The position numbers and the translations under genes are program-made. Shown here in pieces: positions 24,121 to 38,035 of a DNA stretch of 64,000 bases. The stretch's first letter is position 1, and each line of letters starts with the position of its first letter. The DNA is taken from assembly GCA_038496445.1 (NCBI GenBank), contig JALMLS010000124.1, positions 138,111-202,110 on the forward strand, read 5' to 3'. The DNA is from Trichosphaerium sp. ATCC 40318 (lineage: Eukaryota; Protista; Tubulinea). The notes under the pieces were generated by a model. The model saw only the letters and a program-made list of their open reading frames with translations. It ran no database searches and was not told the DNA's origin.

Positions 24121-27100
24121 ATGACGTCACACAACGAATACATAGGGTCTCACTACTTCCTTCAACAATGTTTTGTTCCGACTGTACTTGTTGTTACAAG
24201 CCAAGAAGTCAACAAATCAATACAAAGGAATGGCGTAGGTATATTCCACCTACTGAATCTGTTTTCAACAATAAAGAGCCAGGGTACCTCCCCACGTCGG
24301 CTAAAAAAATCAACTCATAGCTTGTAGTCGCGTATAAGCTGGTAGATTCTAGCGAAGAAGTGCGTAAAGAAAATATAAGATTAAGATGGACTAGTTTGAG
24401 CTATATGCGTGATCACGCACGCGTCATGAAAGGTACAGTACCATAGTTAATAATAAACGTTAAGATTTAACATTATTTCAAAAAAAACGCCAAAAAACCA
24501 AAACTTTCGGATTTTTAGAGTTAAAACAGTACATTTTATGCAACTAATGCAATCATGGTATTTACCACACTACAAAATTACCCATTATCGGGTTTTTACC
24601 ACTATAAATGGACCATACACTTTTTTTTTTGGTTGAATTTTAATTTTTTGTTTTAAAGGTGTCCCGAGAAAAATGGCATCTCTTGATACTGTTCCTCCTT
24701 CTACTGATACACCACTTATTCAATCTGTCGCTACACCTTCTGATATAGCTAGATTTCAAAAAGGTATGTTTCTAGGCTCAATACATTGCACACAACAGCA
24801 ACCCCCTTTTGAACGAAGAAAAAGAAGAAAGTTTTTTTTGACACGTGCTTTTGAAGCATCATCCTTGAAAAATTTGATTGTTTGTTTTGTAAGTGTTGTT
24901 GTACTAATATAAGGCTCTAGAATGTCGTGAAAAACGTACAACACCTTGGTTTGAAACATACAGATGGAACTATATACGTACCATGGGATCTAGCGATCAT
25001 GAAATCTTTGAACATCCGGTTGCAAGTACGCCTTTTTTTTAACATAATTAAATTTTTCTCCACATTTGAGGTCTCAACAAAACCTTTCCTTGTCTCTTGT
25101 TTTATTGCAAATCGTTCGTATTAAATGTATTGCTTCGTGTGCATGCTAATTAGTATTTTCTTTAAAGCTATGTGTGTTGTTACGTCTCATGAAGCAAAAC
25201 CTTTGCAGACGTTGAAAGCGCTTTATGATGTGAATAATCCTTCTTCTGATATTCCAACTTTTATGGATATTCAAGTACTCCGCACATATGTTGTTATTCA
25301 TGATGTTGCTGCTGGACAACCAATTAGCACAGCAACTAAAATACAACGTGATATACAACGGACTTATCCTCATTCCACGTGTGAGATTTGGACAATCAAT
25401 TCTCTCAGTACTGCACAGCCGCTTCCAGCTTTGAATAATGCACCTACTTATCTATCCAAGGATGACTTGAAATCTGTGGGTAATGTTAAATGGAATTTTA
25501 TATTGATGTCAATCGAGAGTTGATGTTTTTTCTTTTTGGTAATACTTTCTTCGAATACTAATTTTTTTTTGATTTGTAGAGACTTTTGTTAAGAACTTTG
25601 GTATTAAAGCGTTAGTACCTCATATGCGTAAAAAAGTAGCTGCATTACATGTACACGTACAGCAACAACGCGCTGGATTTATGTACAAGTACGTCGTTGA
25701 CTCACTTTATCGCTGAGTGGCAAAATTTATTTTTAGCATTTTTGTCTTTCTTTTTCTTTGTACTAACACCAGGCTTCTTTAGTGTATTTTTAATTACTTC
25801 ACGTTTCCGTAAGAATACTGCACCCCAAAATAGTGGTGAATTCAAGTACGTGTTTATCATTTTATTGTACTGTACAAGAGGTTTAACAATTGTGTTCCCT
25901 AGGTTCGATGTTGATAGCCTTAATTTTAAGCAACGACAACTTGCTGATTGGGCCTTCATGTTGGGTGATTTTGCGTTAGCTAATAGTACTTATGAAACGT
26001 TGGCACGTCATTTACAGAGTGCACCAGATAAGCAAAAGCCTCATATGTACATTGCTGGGTACGACAACAAAAGATCCAAAATTTTTTTTTTTGTTTTTTT
26101 GTTTTCTATGTTGCGTTGTTTTAACTCTTTTTGTGTTTTTGTTAGATGTCAAGAAATGAGTGGTATATGTCAGTACCTCCTTGGGTTACAAGGTCAAAAT
26201 GTTATTGAAAAACACTTGCGTTTGGCTTCGGAGAATTACTTGAAAGTGGATCAGTACAGGTACTTTGAGATTTTCTTTTTTTTTTTCGAGTGAAGCTTGT
26301 ATCATATGATTTACTAAAACATGTCTCAATAGATGGGCTCGTAGGACTTCGCTATTCCTAACACTTATGGTCCCGAATAATCCTATTTTGTGGGAAAACA
26401 GTGCCTACGCTGTACGTTTATTCTTTTTTGTTTTTTTTGTTGTTGCTTGTTTCAAAGTTTGACTTGTTGTGTTTAGGAGCAACATATAGTGCTTCAAGCT
26501 TTTCTGTATGAGCAAGCAGGGCTTGCTTATTTTAATATGTATAAACCTAAATTACGTATGGCAGCATTCAGGTAATGAAGTCTTGAGGAAACTTGTTTTT
26601 TTCTCTAAGTTTAAGCATAGATTCATTCAAGCTGGCCAATGTTTTCGAAAATCAGCTGAAGGTAACCCAGCAGACAAGTCTAATGTTGCGCATATACATG
26701 CTCTTCGATGCTTTAGTACTGCTTCTGTAATATATAATAACCAAGGTATGTCAGTGTAATACTCAAAACAGATTTTTTTTTGGACCAAACTTTTTTTTTC
26801 TTCTTATCACGTGTTAATTGCCTTCTTGTTAAGGATGGCCGGTGATTAATGATCATATGCATTTCAACCTTTCTCGTGTCTGTTATGACCTTGATAAGAA
26901 GGACGATGCGTTAGGTTACATGAATTCTCTGTTGACTAATAATGCACATGATCAAAGACAGCAAGCTTCTTTCATGCGAGAATACATTCACATGACGAAG
27001 GTAGGATGAATTTCGTTTAAAATGAATGCTGCTTGCATTGATTATTGTCTCACAGTATTGGTATTATTATACACAATACTAAGCATACCTTTTTCTTTCT

Positions 27101-30100
27101 TCTTAAAGCTTGTGTGATATGTTCTCGACAAGCGAAGCTGATTCTTTTCTTGCTTTAGTCTGCCAACAAAGGTGATGATTTAGAGCTTCCCCTACCGAAG
27201 ATAAATCCCTCGTCTATTAAATTAGAGCTTCATGATAATACAGGAAGTCGTAAGGTATGTTGAAGAGCTAGAATTTTTATGGTTTTGGTTTTATTATTAA
27301 TTTTATTCTTCAGGATAAGCTGTGGAAAGAAATGGAAGATGATTTATTGGAGTTTCAGATTAAAGATTGGAGAAGGCTTAGAGAGATTCGTAATAAGATT
27401 AAAAAGAATCCTAACGCTTGTACAGCGCCAGTGGGTGGTACGTAATACCTTGAGGAAAAGATTAGAAAAATAAGCTCTCTTAAGCAACCCGTTAACGATT
27501 TTTTCATAGAATTTATTTACTTTTCTGTAAATATCAAGAACCCTCTTAAAATCCCACTTCAGTTCACTGATACTTACATCACTTGTAAATACGATAACCA
27601 AGTACGGCATTTATATATTTTTATTAATAATCGAGTGTTTTATTAACGTTTCATTACCACAACACAGAAAGAAGGTGATGAAGAGTCTGAGTTGTTCACT
27701 TATTCTCCGAGGAATCTCATGCTTCAGCCCATGGAGACCAAAAGGGAGCGCTTTGCAATTAAGCCTAATAAGCAAGGTGTTGTTACTGTCCAAGCTATTC
27801 ATTTTTGCTTGTATGGTATCAAGGGAGTCCGAACAGTAAGTCAAAAAAACCCCAAAAATATTTCAAATATCAAAAACTTACTCTTTTTGTTTAGATTACA
27901 ACCAAATTTTCAGTTACAGTGACATCTCCGATGCCTCTTTTAAAGCCTGGTATTCAACCTTGGCTATGGGAAGGTTTAGAGGGACAAGTACGAAGAGCAT
28001 TGTAATTGAGAGAAGAGATAGATATTGATTTTTGTGTTTCTAGGTTGTACACTTGACTCTTCGATTAAAGAATGCTGGGCAAAAGCCAATGAGCAATGTT
28101 GCTATAAGATGTTCTCATCCAGATTGTTTTTCTTTCCCTGAATTAAAGCCAAGTGCACCAAGTACGTTATTGTGATGAAAATACACATTTTTCTGAGTGA
28201 TGACCTGTGTCCTTCATTGTAACGCTGTTTTTTAGCCACAAAGAAGCTTTCACCTTTGAGAAAGAATGCTTTCTTGGCGTACAGAGTAATTGCTCTTAAT
28301 CTTGATCCTATTCTTCCAGGTAAGTCAACACGTGTTGATGGTTAAGTCCCCATTTTTTTCTCAAATCAATTGATCTTTTTTTGTAGGTGATTCTGAGGAT
28401 ATTGTTGTTAAATTCAGAGCTGGTAAGCCTGGAAGGACAAGCTATAAGTTTGCATTTTACTATGAGAATCAAGTACGTACCTTTGTTGCAAAGAGGTTCC
28501 ATTGTTTTGTTCTTTCTCTAAACTCGCAATTTTTTTTAGGAAGGAAATAATGAGATGCCATATAGGTTCCAACGTGCAGAGGTTGAAATGAAGATACGTG
28601 CATCTGTAGGTGTATCGTATATCATGAAACCTAGTATGTCTATTTTGAATGGATATACGCTTTGTGTAATGATAAACAATCGGAGAAAACAACGTGGTAA
28701 AGTTAACTTGAGGTATGTTTGTTATTTTTTGTTTTTTATTTTTCCTGTTTTGGATGTTTTTTTGCTAATGTGGTTTTGATTTTAGGCAGATTATTGGTGT
28801 TAGTGATAGATGGTCTATCACACCTTTGATTGAACCTGATTTGAAGTCAAATATTATTAATCTGGGCGAAAAAACGGATTTGTATTTTCATGTTCAGCCA
28901 AAAAGTGCTGGAGAGGAAGATTCAGTTATACCTTTGGTACAAAGCGAATACCTTCTTTAATAATATTAAAATCTGACGTATTTATTCTAGTCAAAGACTG
29001 ATATCATCCAAGATGTGAAAGTATTCAAGAATATCGTCAAAACGCACAAAAAGTGAGTTTCTAAAGTTTTTTTTTGATTTTTTCGACTCTTCCCCGGCTT
29101 TGTAATTCTTTTTTGTGCACACCATTGGTGCCACTCATTGTGCTACCCTTTTTTGTGGAGTGAATGGTAAATCACGGTTGGTTGTAGCCGAAGAATTGTG
29201 GTTCAATGCCATTCGGAGGGATTCTTTTTTTTTTTCTTTTACATTAGCTTCTCTTTCTCTTCGTTAGTTCTTGTTTGGTATTGATTGTATATTTTAGGAA
29301 TATTCATATGATAACTGAAGAAAATAAAGTACAACAGTATATAGCTACAGAGGAGGAAGCAGTAGAACAGAGACGTGTTAAAGAAGAGATAAAAAAGAAT
29401 GAACTTGACATTATTGTTCTATGGGAATCCAAAGGCATCATTGGACAACACAACCTTCGTACGTACTCCTAATCACTCTAATAACCGTTATTGATCTATA
29501 CTCACGTGATATTCCTAGTTGACTTGGCTTTTCTGCCATCTCCAGGTGGTCATGCATACAAGGCGAGACATCCTGAGAATTTGCCGTTGAAGTTCTTTGT
29601 TGAATCTGAACAAACTGTACAACATGACTTTTCTAAATCAAGGTATGCGTGCAGCGACTGAATACCTATTTTCTATTTTGTTTTCTACATGTAAAAGTAC
29701 TTTATTGTTGGTTTTGTTTAAAGGAGTTTGTTGTTGGTCTTTTGTTGTGTTTGCTAACTTTTTTTTTTTTTCGTAGGATATGTAGCGTTCCTGTCAAGAT
29801 AAAATTAATGAATGCCTCGCCTTACCATGCGATAAAATTCTCATTTGAGGCGTTACTTCCAAACAGTACAGTAGCTAAACAACAACATAATGTCATAAAG
29901 TACGTAGGATACCCTGTGAGATCTCCTTGAAAGTCATACTAAAATTTCCTTTTTAGGCAAAATTCAAAGTATTTTTGGGCTGGCAAGACGAACACTGATT
30001 CCATTGAGATGTCTCCTGGATCTACATTTGATATTGAACTTAGTGCTTGTTTCACATCAGTTGGTATCTATAACGTCAATAGGATAAAATTTTTAGTTGA

Positions 30101-30164
30101 TGATAATGGTCATCATATTACAATGTACTCTCCATTTCAGTACTTGGTAAATGTTACACTGTAA
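24121..30164 (+). CDS. TRAPPC8: TRAPP III subunit 8 (Trs85)
   Basis: N-terminal FVPTVLVVTS, RQLADWAFMLGDFALANSTYETL, YEQAGLAY...RMAAF, WPVINDH and C-terminal YFWAGKT...GIYNVNRI. About 25 introns. Confidence 0.85.
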
Positions 30165-30560
30165 TTTAATCTCATACATTCAAAAACCAAATATTAATAA
30201 AAAAACATACTTTCAAGTGTTTTGAAATAACAACTTAAAGTTTTACACCGCAGTTGGGTCAAATCTTTACTTTTTTTTCCCCGCTTCTCCCAGCCTAGAA
30301 TACTGGTTCTATAACGCGTGCGGTGTTTCTGTGAGATGTAAAAAACCACTTGATTGGTCAAGTGCGCATCCTTCAAGCTAGACACTATGTTGAACTTTGT
30401 CTAAAATTGTATGGTTTTGAGTGTGTACTGAGAAAAGTTTTTGTGTTTTATTTCGGTTTCTGTTGCTATTTTTGGGCACCATTTCTGAAAAATCTTGACC
30501 TCCAACAGATATCTCATTACAGCTTATATCTTGGTGACGTAGTGATCGATCTGTAGCCAA

Positions 30561-31589
30561 ATGAACAAGAACACACCCTTTTTTGATGAGACTCCTATTG
30601 AAGTTCTCGTTCACCTCCTCCATTATGTTCCAGAGTTATCCATGCACTCAGTAGTACGTACAAGCAAACTGTTATCAAATATCTCTGAAAAGCACCTGGG
30701 ATACAGAGATATACGAGATATATACATCACAAGCGCTAAAAAGCTTAAAAAACTGTTCAAGAACGCACCATACCTCATCAAAACAAATCGTATTATCGTT
30801 CAATTTACTCTTAAACAAAAGCATTTACAGTATCTACAAGGAGTGTATAACCTAAAAATATGTCGAGGGTTATCAAAGGTAGATTTTCGTGATTTCAAAG
30901 TCGAAAACTGCATTGATCTTGGTTCTTGTACTACAGTATATGATGAGCATCTTAAACAGCTTTCAGGAGTCCATCATTTAATATTAAGTAACACTGAAAC
31001 AATTACAAATTTAGGACTTAGAGCTCTTAGTGGTGTTCATACTTTAGATCTTAGCTCAACGCACGTGTCAGATAACGGTGTGAGAAAGTTATGTGGTGTT
31101 CATACTATTAATCTCTACGCCACTGCTATCACAGATGTCAGTCTGTTAAGTTTGGTTGGTGTATATGCGATTGGTTTAAGCCACTGTTATAATATAAGCG
31201 ATGAAGGCATCAAGGCTATAGCTGGAGTACATAAAATAGATTTAAGCTATTGTGAACAAATAACAGATGAAGGTATAAAAGCTTTGAAAGGTGTTCATTC
31301 GATTAACTTGGACTCCACAAATGTTACAGATGAAGGTATTAAAGCACTATCAGGCGTTCATACAATTGATTTATCAAGTTGTGTTGATATAACTGATGAA
31401 GGCGTCACAGCATTGGCAGGTGTTTATACCATTAGTCTTCGTTCTACAAAAATTACAGATAGTAGTTTAAAAGCACTTTCTGGTGCTCATGAGATTGATG
31501 CTAGCTATTGTGAAAATGTAACAGATGAAGCCATTGAGGCAATGGCATGTGTTCATGAAATTGATAGAGTTATTGTGGTCATTTGCTGA
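30561..31589 (+). CDS. Intronless F-box + LRR protein
   Basis: F-box FFDETPIEVLVHLLHYV..VVRTSKLL followed by about 10 repeats of GVHTIDLSxC/TxITDEGIKAL. Confidence 0.88.
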   Translation: MNKNTPFFDETPIEVLVHLLHYVPELSMHSVVRTSKLLSNISEKHLGYRDIRDIYITSAKKLKKLFKNAPYLIKTNRIIVQFTLKQKHLQYLQGVYNLKICRGLSKVDFRDFKVENCIDLGSCTTVYDEHLKQLSGVHHLILSNTETITNLGLRALSGVHTLDLSSTHVSDNGVRKLCGVHTINLYATAITDVSLLSLVGVYAIGLSHCYNISDEGIKAIAGVHKIDLSYCEQITDEGIKALKGVHSINLDSTNVTDEGIKALSGVHTIDLSSCVDITDEGVTALAGVYTISLRSTKITDSSLKALSGAHEIDASYCENVTDEAIEAMACVHEIDRVIVVIC

Positions 31590-31878
31590 AGGATCTAAAT
31601 GTCCCTAAAATCAATAAAGGTTCCACCTGTCATTAGTTAGTACTTGATCGTCATCACGTGTTATTTGAACAGCTCCAATGGAGCATCTGGTTTTAAATAA
31701 ATACAAAGGCAACAATGTACTTTCATTGTGAATCGATAAGCATTAAACCTAACGGCTGCTGAAGTTGTTATATTGGCAGTTGTACAATATCAGAAAAATA
31801 TGAGAAAGAGTTACAAAGCAGTACACAATACGGTGTTTTTGTGAATAAACTATACATTTATTTTTATGAACTATTAAT

Positions 31879-34625
31879 TTAGTTATCATAATTAGACATG
31901 GATATATCGTGTCCTTCAACATTTTCTTCAATAAATGCATCCAAATATGCATCAGCAATTGAAGAACCAACAAGCTCAACTTCACTAGTTGTATACTCAT
32001 CAGATGCTTCTTTAGGTGGTCCATTAGACATATACTTTGAACGACGTCTCTTAGAGTCCCTCTTATTTGCCCATACGCAAAACAAGATGAGGATACATAC
32101 TATAATAATAAGTGTTCCTGTTGCAGCAACACCAACCATTATTTCTTTACTCCTCTTTATTCTATCAAGAGTATTCTTAGTACTCTTGGTAGGTGTTTCT
32201 TCTGTAGGAGGTAGTGCTCTTATAGCACTTTGTGTAACCGTAGGTGGGGCTACTACTGTAGGTGGAGTCTAAAAGTGGAAAGTTACTTTTTTGCTGTTGT
32301 ATGAATTGTTAGTTTCTGTTGTCGTACTGTTAGCGTTGTTCCGGAGGATGCCACGCCTGTATCCGTTGCTGCAAGAGCGTCGCCATTCTCTAGGTATTTA
32401 CTTACAGCCACAGCTGCTACTACATTACCTAAGGCAATGTGTAAATGAATTGTGGTTGGTGTACATGAGCTTTATAAAACGACGTACTGTTTGGTGTGAG
32501 AACGAGGGTTATGATAGTGCCGTCATTCATACGTTTACTAGTAGGAGGCGCAGCTCTTTGTGTAATTGTTGCGTCAGCAGCAGTCATTTCCATCTCTGAT
32601 AGTACAGAACTAACGATTTGGTTGAGTTGAGCAACAGGTATTGGATGTGCAGCTTCTACTCCCATTTCTAATGTTACATCTAAAACAAACAATCATTTCT
32701 TTCGTTACCACGTCAGTAATGGGCTGCGTACTTGTTTCAATACATCTAGTAGCAGTATCCTCACCATCAAATGTAACATATCCAGTCTATTACCAACTAG
32801 TTAGCACAAGTGCAAGCGCAAAAAAAAAACCACAAAAGAATGGCGAGAGTATTTTGCTTTCTTGGCTTACACCTAATGTCCACGTGGTTGATTCACCACG
32901 GAATGTCAAGCGGAATAGTTCTAATGATGGGTAGTATGGCGCAGTTCCTGTGAATTCAACAGGCAAAGAGGCTGCATCAGAGCTTAGAAAGTTGTTTTTA
33001 CCAACAGGAACACGCAAGTCCTTTTCCTACAAAGTACATTGAGTTTTTTGCTTTTTCTCGTTGGTAACGTTCTTCAACGTACTTTTGTTGTCCAACCGAG
33101 GAAGGCTATGTAAGTACCATCACCATTATTCAATACACAATCTACACGAGGGGCTACCTTTTGGTAGAGTAAGCAAAAACCAAGCTCCACAAGTGTAACA
33201 AGAAAGGGTATAAAGCGATGTTGACGTACGTTTGGATATGCCGTCTCGTTCGATGGTGCTGTAGGCGGCACTGCCGTTGGCTCATCACCAATACCTGTAT
33301 GTGTTGGTGCTGTTGGACCCATTGTAGGTGGGTCAGTAGTCTCCATTGGCATCATCGTAGGCATTTCTGTTGTTGGAATTTCCATTGGAGGCATTGTTGT
33401 TGGAGAAGCAGTTGGAGTGATAGTTGTAGGATGAGGCGATGTTGGAGGCACGGTAGTTGGAGGAATAGTTGTTGGAGCGACTGTAGTTGGGTGAGGTGCT
33501 GTTGGAGCCACGGTCGTTGGAGGAGTAGTCGTTGGAGCAATAGTTGTAGGATGAGGCGATGTTGGAGGCACGGTCGTTGGCGGATTAGTTGTTGGAGCAA
33601 CTGTAGTTGGGTGTGGCGATGTTGGCGGCACTGTTGTTGGCGGAACCGTAGTCGGAGGAACTGTAGTTGGAGCTGCAGTAGTTGGAGGAACTGTTGTTGG
33701 CAGAATCGTAGTTGGAGGCACCGTAGTTGGAGGAACTGTAGTTGGAGGCGTCGTTGTTGGCGGAACCGTTGTTGGAGGAACTGTTGTTGGAGGCACCGTT
33801 GTTGGAGGTAGTGTAGTAGGTGCTTCCGTTGCGACACCTTCAGCGAGTGTTATCGATCTATCTGCCCAAGCACATTGACCACCTCCACGTGATACAACAA
33901 GCCAATACTATCCAAACAATAAGTCAAAAAATGAATTGGTAAAACCATTAATTTTTTACTGCAATCGTACTCTTAGTGTTATTGTTCCACTACCAGCTTC
34001 AGGTGCTAGCCATTCAAAAGACATATCTTCTGTTATCTCATCCCCATTAATGTGTCTTACAGTATTACCTGATGAGCAAATTGAAGGTGCTCCACTTCCA
34101 GAAAAGTCAGTTGTAAGTTTTGTGACAGCAGGTAAGTTTGTCACTGCGAATGAACCCATAGGCATACTACCAGCGTAGCTAGATAACATTAAACCCTAAA
34201 GAAAGATATCTCAGTCAACAATACTGTTTTGATGACAAGAAAAATACAAAAAACCATCCTTTGCTATTTTCTTTCATTTTCGACGTACTTTCCAAGGTCC
34301 ACCGCCTACAGTTACTGCATAAGTCTGTCCTGGTATATAGGTAGTCGTCAAGCCGTTGTAGGTTACTCTTGCGTCAGTATCTGAGGCATCGCTTGGGCTT
34401 GATTTAGAAATGTAACGATAAAAAGTAAAGGTTTCCGTTGTAGACGCGTAGAATAGCTTGTTGGTAAACGAATAAGCCAATTACGTACCTTTGACACATG
34501 TTGTTACAAATAGTGGCTTCGGAAGCTGGACATAACCCAACTAGGCCTGAACTACTCGCACTTACGCTAATAATCAAGTGGTGTAATAGCAAGCAAGCGA
34601 TCGATGATAGGATCGATAAACGCAT
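31879..34625 (-). CDS. Type I membrane protein: Reeler domain, Pro/Thr mucin stalk, Cys-containing beta domain, SEA-like region, TM helix
   Basis: Signal peptide, TYIPGQTYAVTV..GLML...GSF...C...VRH...FEWLAPEAGSGTITLR (Reeler), PPTTV repeats, VAPRVDCVLNNGDGTYIAFLGW, TM segment MVGVAATGTLIIIVCILILFCVW, then RRRSKY. Confidence 0.8.
33400..33825 (-). repeat. 15-bp coding tandem repeat (PPTTV/PTTxA mucin units)
   Basis: Repeated GTTGGAGGAACTGTA-like units on the + strand, with higher-order PPTSPHPTT blocks. Confidence 0.9.
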
Positions 34626-34994
34626 ATTAATTAATGCTGTGGTGTGGGTGAGTGGGGTTGACGGTTGTACTGGGTGTTTTGCGCTAGCTGCTTGGACCAA
34701 CAACGACTTTTTCGCTTATTTAGTAACGTATTTGTGTACTGAACTTTGTGGTGATACCAGTCAGTTCCGACTCGATTTTGTAGTGTTTGTGCATAAATTA
34801 CGTTTAAAGAATAGGCGAGCACTCTTAACTTGGAAAGTGTCACCTTGTTTACCGTAGAACCGTAAGATTTCGCCTTGCCACTCTGTGACAAGTTTGTAGT
34901 TAAGTTATCCACCACGCTGCATTATTTTTTACACTATCGCTTACGAGAGCAGCTAGAAGGTTGATATGAAGTTGCATAGTTGAGTGTTTGCTGT

Positions 34995-36408
34995 ATGGAC
35001 AATCTTGCAATACAAAGGGATGTTGTACAGAGTTTTTCGCTTGAAAAGCGATTTACTGACAACGTACGCCATTTTTGCAGCGTTTAATGGCTATATTGGC
35101 TGCAAATGCCTGAAAAGTTGCCTGGTACTACCGAGGTGCATCTAAGCGTGTTATCAAGGAAGATGGCGCAGTAAATGCGATGGATATCTCGTATGATGGT
35201 CAAATCATTGTTACATCCGCCAACGATGAAAATATACGCATATACGATTGTAACAAGGGAATGTATGCATAGATTATACTCTTATAAACTTATTATTCAT
35301 AAATACGCCATAGGAGACTCAGATACGTGCCATGTAAGAAGTATGGCTGTGATTTAGTAAGATTCACCAACCAATCAAAATCACAAGTATTATGTGCTTC
35401 AAGAAACGGATGGGATGGTACCAATACACTTGAAACGCGTAAAAACTAACTTATAACCCTCATAGAAACATTACGACATCTGTCTTTAGAAAACAATTGC
35501 TACCTCCGTTATTTCAAAGGACACAGAGACAAGTACGTTGTACTACTACATCTGACTTCGCTCTAACCTTAGCAATAGGGTTGTATCTATCTCTGTTTCA
35601 TCTGCTGGTGATATATTCCTATCAGCGTCTCTTGATAAGTCTGTACGCTTGTGGGATTTGAGATCTCCAGTCTGCCAAGTACAACAAATTTTTTTTTTGC
35701 GAAGTTTGCTTTTTTTCTAAAGGCGCGGTTGTAGGGAATGTTGAAGCGTACGGAACGTGTTGCTGTATGTTTTGAACCAGAAGGTGTTGCATTTGCAGCT
35801 ATATCTACGCCTAACGTTGTTAAATTATATGATGTTAGAAATCTAGACAAGGTATTGTATGTCACATGGTACTTTGAAAACTAAAATATTTTTTGCAAAA
35901 AGGGACCGTTTTCGACATTCCGGATAAGGAACAATCAGAAGGAAGATTGGCGTACAGTATCATTCAGCCCTGATGGGAAATATATATTACTATCAACTGC
36001 TTCTAATCTAGTATACTTGTTGGATGCGTTTACAGGAGAAAAGGTAAAAAATACCCAAACACATTTACCCTAACTTACTGTTTTTATTAGATTCAACAAT
36101 ATACCTCCTTTGTAAATGATGACTTAGTCTTAGAGCCATGCTTTAGCCCTGATGCTCAATTCGTTCTTTCAGGGTCTACAGATGGTACTGTACATATTTG
36201 GGATACCATATCAGGTACGTAACAAAACAAACCACGTGTTGTTTGATATTGGGTTCCCTTTTTTTTGACGATGTCTTTAGGTAGAGAGGTTGATGTGTGG
36301 CATGGTAGGAATGGTCCAGTGACGTCAGTCATGTGGAATCCAAGGCTAATGGTAGTTGCAACAACAGCCACAAACTTGAGTTTGTGGGCACCTTCAAAGC
36401 AGCCATAG
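34995..36408 (+). CDS. WDR82: WD repeat protein 82 (Swd2, COMPASS/cleavage factor subunit)
   Basis: [55 protein letters not shown] and KGPFSTF are diagnostic. Confidence 0.93.
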
Positions 36409-36645
36409 GCGAAAACAAAAAGAACTCCATTCAATTGAAATCCAAAAATGTTTTGCTCGTGACTTAAGTTGAGAATGGCTCAAAATTGTCGTTGATGTAT
36501 TCCTAAGAGATAATAATAGTTGTACCGAGGAGATAAGTGAGAGAGGGGATGAATAAATGTATTAGTAGCAATATCTGTTGCGTCAGTGGTTTTTTTTCGT
36601 TTAAGTTGTACAAAGTCAACCCTTTCACGTTGTACCAACGGGAGG

Positions 36646-38035
36646 ATGGCTGGTACGTATTGCTAAATCTAGAAAATACGCTAAAATGTCATAAAAAGGC
36701 TACGAAGTGTTTGGATGGCAGTTGATTGTTATAATCATCTTATTTGCGCTTGTTATCATTGGTCTAGCGGTTATGCAAGCCTGGTGGGACTTTAGAACAG
36801 AGTACGTTGTAAAACCACTTTAAACACTGCGCCAACGCTGTGAGACGTTGAAAATAAATGCTAAGACTACTCGGACTAACCTCATTGCCAGAAACGCCGA
36901 TTGGAAAATAGAGAAAGGTTCAAAAAAGTCCGAAAGACACTTCATTGAATCCATGACTGTCTGTTGGTTTCACGTGGCTCTAATCCTATTTAGGTAGACT
37001 AACAAGTACTACGTGTGGTTCTTATGTAATACTCATGTTTATACGATGGTTTTTATTTCTGTGGTGCCTGGTAATTGAGTCAGATGTAAAAAGTAATTAA
37101 TGTGAACAAATTTAGGGTATTCTTCTCTTTCTGATCTTCAAGGACCTTCCAGATATCACTTGGGAGATTTTTTCCTTCTTTACTGTATGGTAATAATCTT
37201 GTTTATTATAATTGAGAGTATAACATATCTGTAGGAACTACATAGTACTCACAATCTTCTTTGGAGTAAGCGGTTTTTTGTTGAAAAAAAATTCTCGGAA
37301 AAAAAAACTTGCGAGTATCTATGAGTTGTAGGCTCTAAACCAAGTTCTTTTAGATTGGATCATACTTGAGCATGCATAGATACTTTTTCTCAGATGATTT
37401 TTTAAGACAACGTGAGACGATTGGGTTTGTTGGAAAGTCATTTCTTGTATTATTTCAAGTATGCTGTGTCATGTCTTTATTAGTACGTTTTACACCTCCA
37501 TCCTTTTCTTTCCCTCATCATCTCAAACATTTAGGTTGATTCTGTGACATGGATTATACTGTATCCAACATTCAAGGGTACAGAAGAGGAAGCACTACTC
37601 ATAAATTTTGTGAGTTATAATCAACATGGCACAAATTTCATTTGTCTTCTGATTGAGTTTGCTCTTAATTTGTGCGTCCCTTGAGTTGCTTGATCTTTAA
37701 AATAAGCTGACTTGTTTTAAAGAATGCCAGTTTATGCAGTTCATGTGTCTTTTGCATTATACTGGGGCGTTCTTTATGCTTGTTTTGCGTTGTTATATAA
37801 GGTCTTTGGTGGAGATTGGAGGTACCCTTTCCTTGATACTAAGAGTCCTTTTGCTGTTGCTTGGTATGTTGGGATATCCCTTTTTATTCTTGCTTTTTGG
37901 TTCATGGTATACGGTGCATCAAAGTTCAAGTATTGGTAAGGGCTAGATTGTTGTCATTTGACACCCTGATGTTAACATTGATTTAGGTTATTATTCAAGA
38001 AGAAAAAGCACTTTGGATACGACATTGAATACTGA
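36646..38035 (+). CDS. Multi-pass membrane protein, rolling-stone/FAR-17a-AIG1-like
   Basis: FSFFTVWNY, VDSVTWIILYP, SYNQHGTNFICLLIEFALN and WRYPFLD, with several hydrophobic helices. Confidence 0.75.

Noticed and set aside
29120-29175. TPP riboswitch or RNase MRP/SRP RNA in the TRAPPC8 intron
   Set aside because: Lacks the CTGAGA and CCTGA TPP cores, the GAAAGTCCCC MRP motif and the SRP helix-8 motif. Kept only as an unassigned structure.
33218-33837. Cys/Trp/Arg-rich 197-aa and Gln/Leu-rich 161-aa ORFs
   Set aside because: Alternative frames of the PPTTV mucin repeat.
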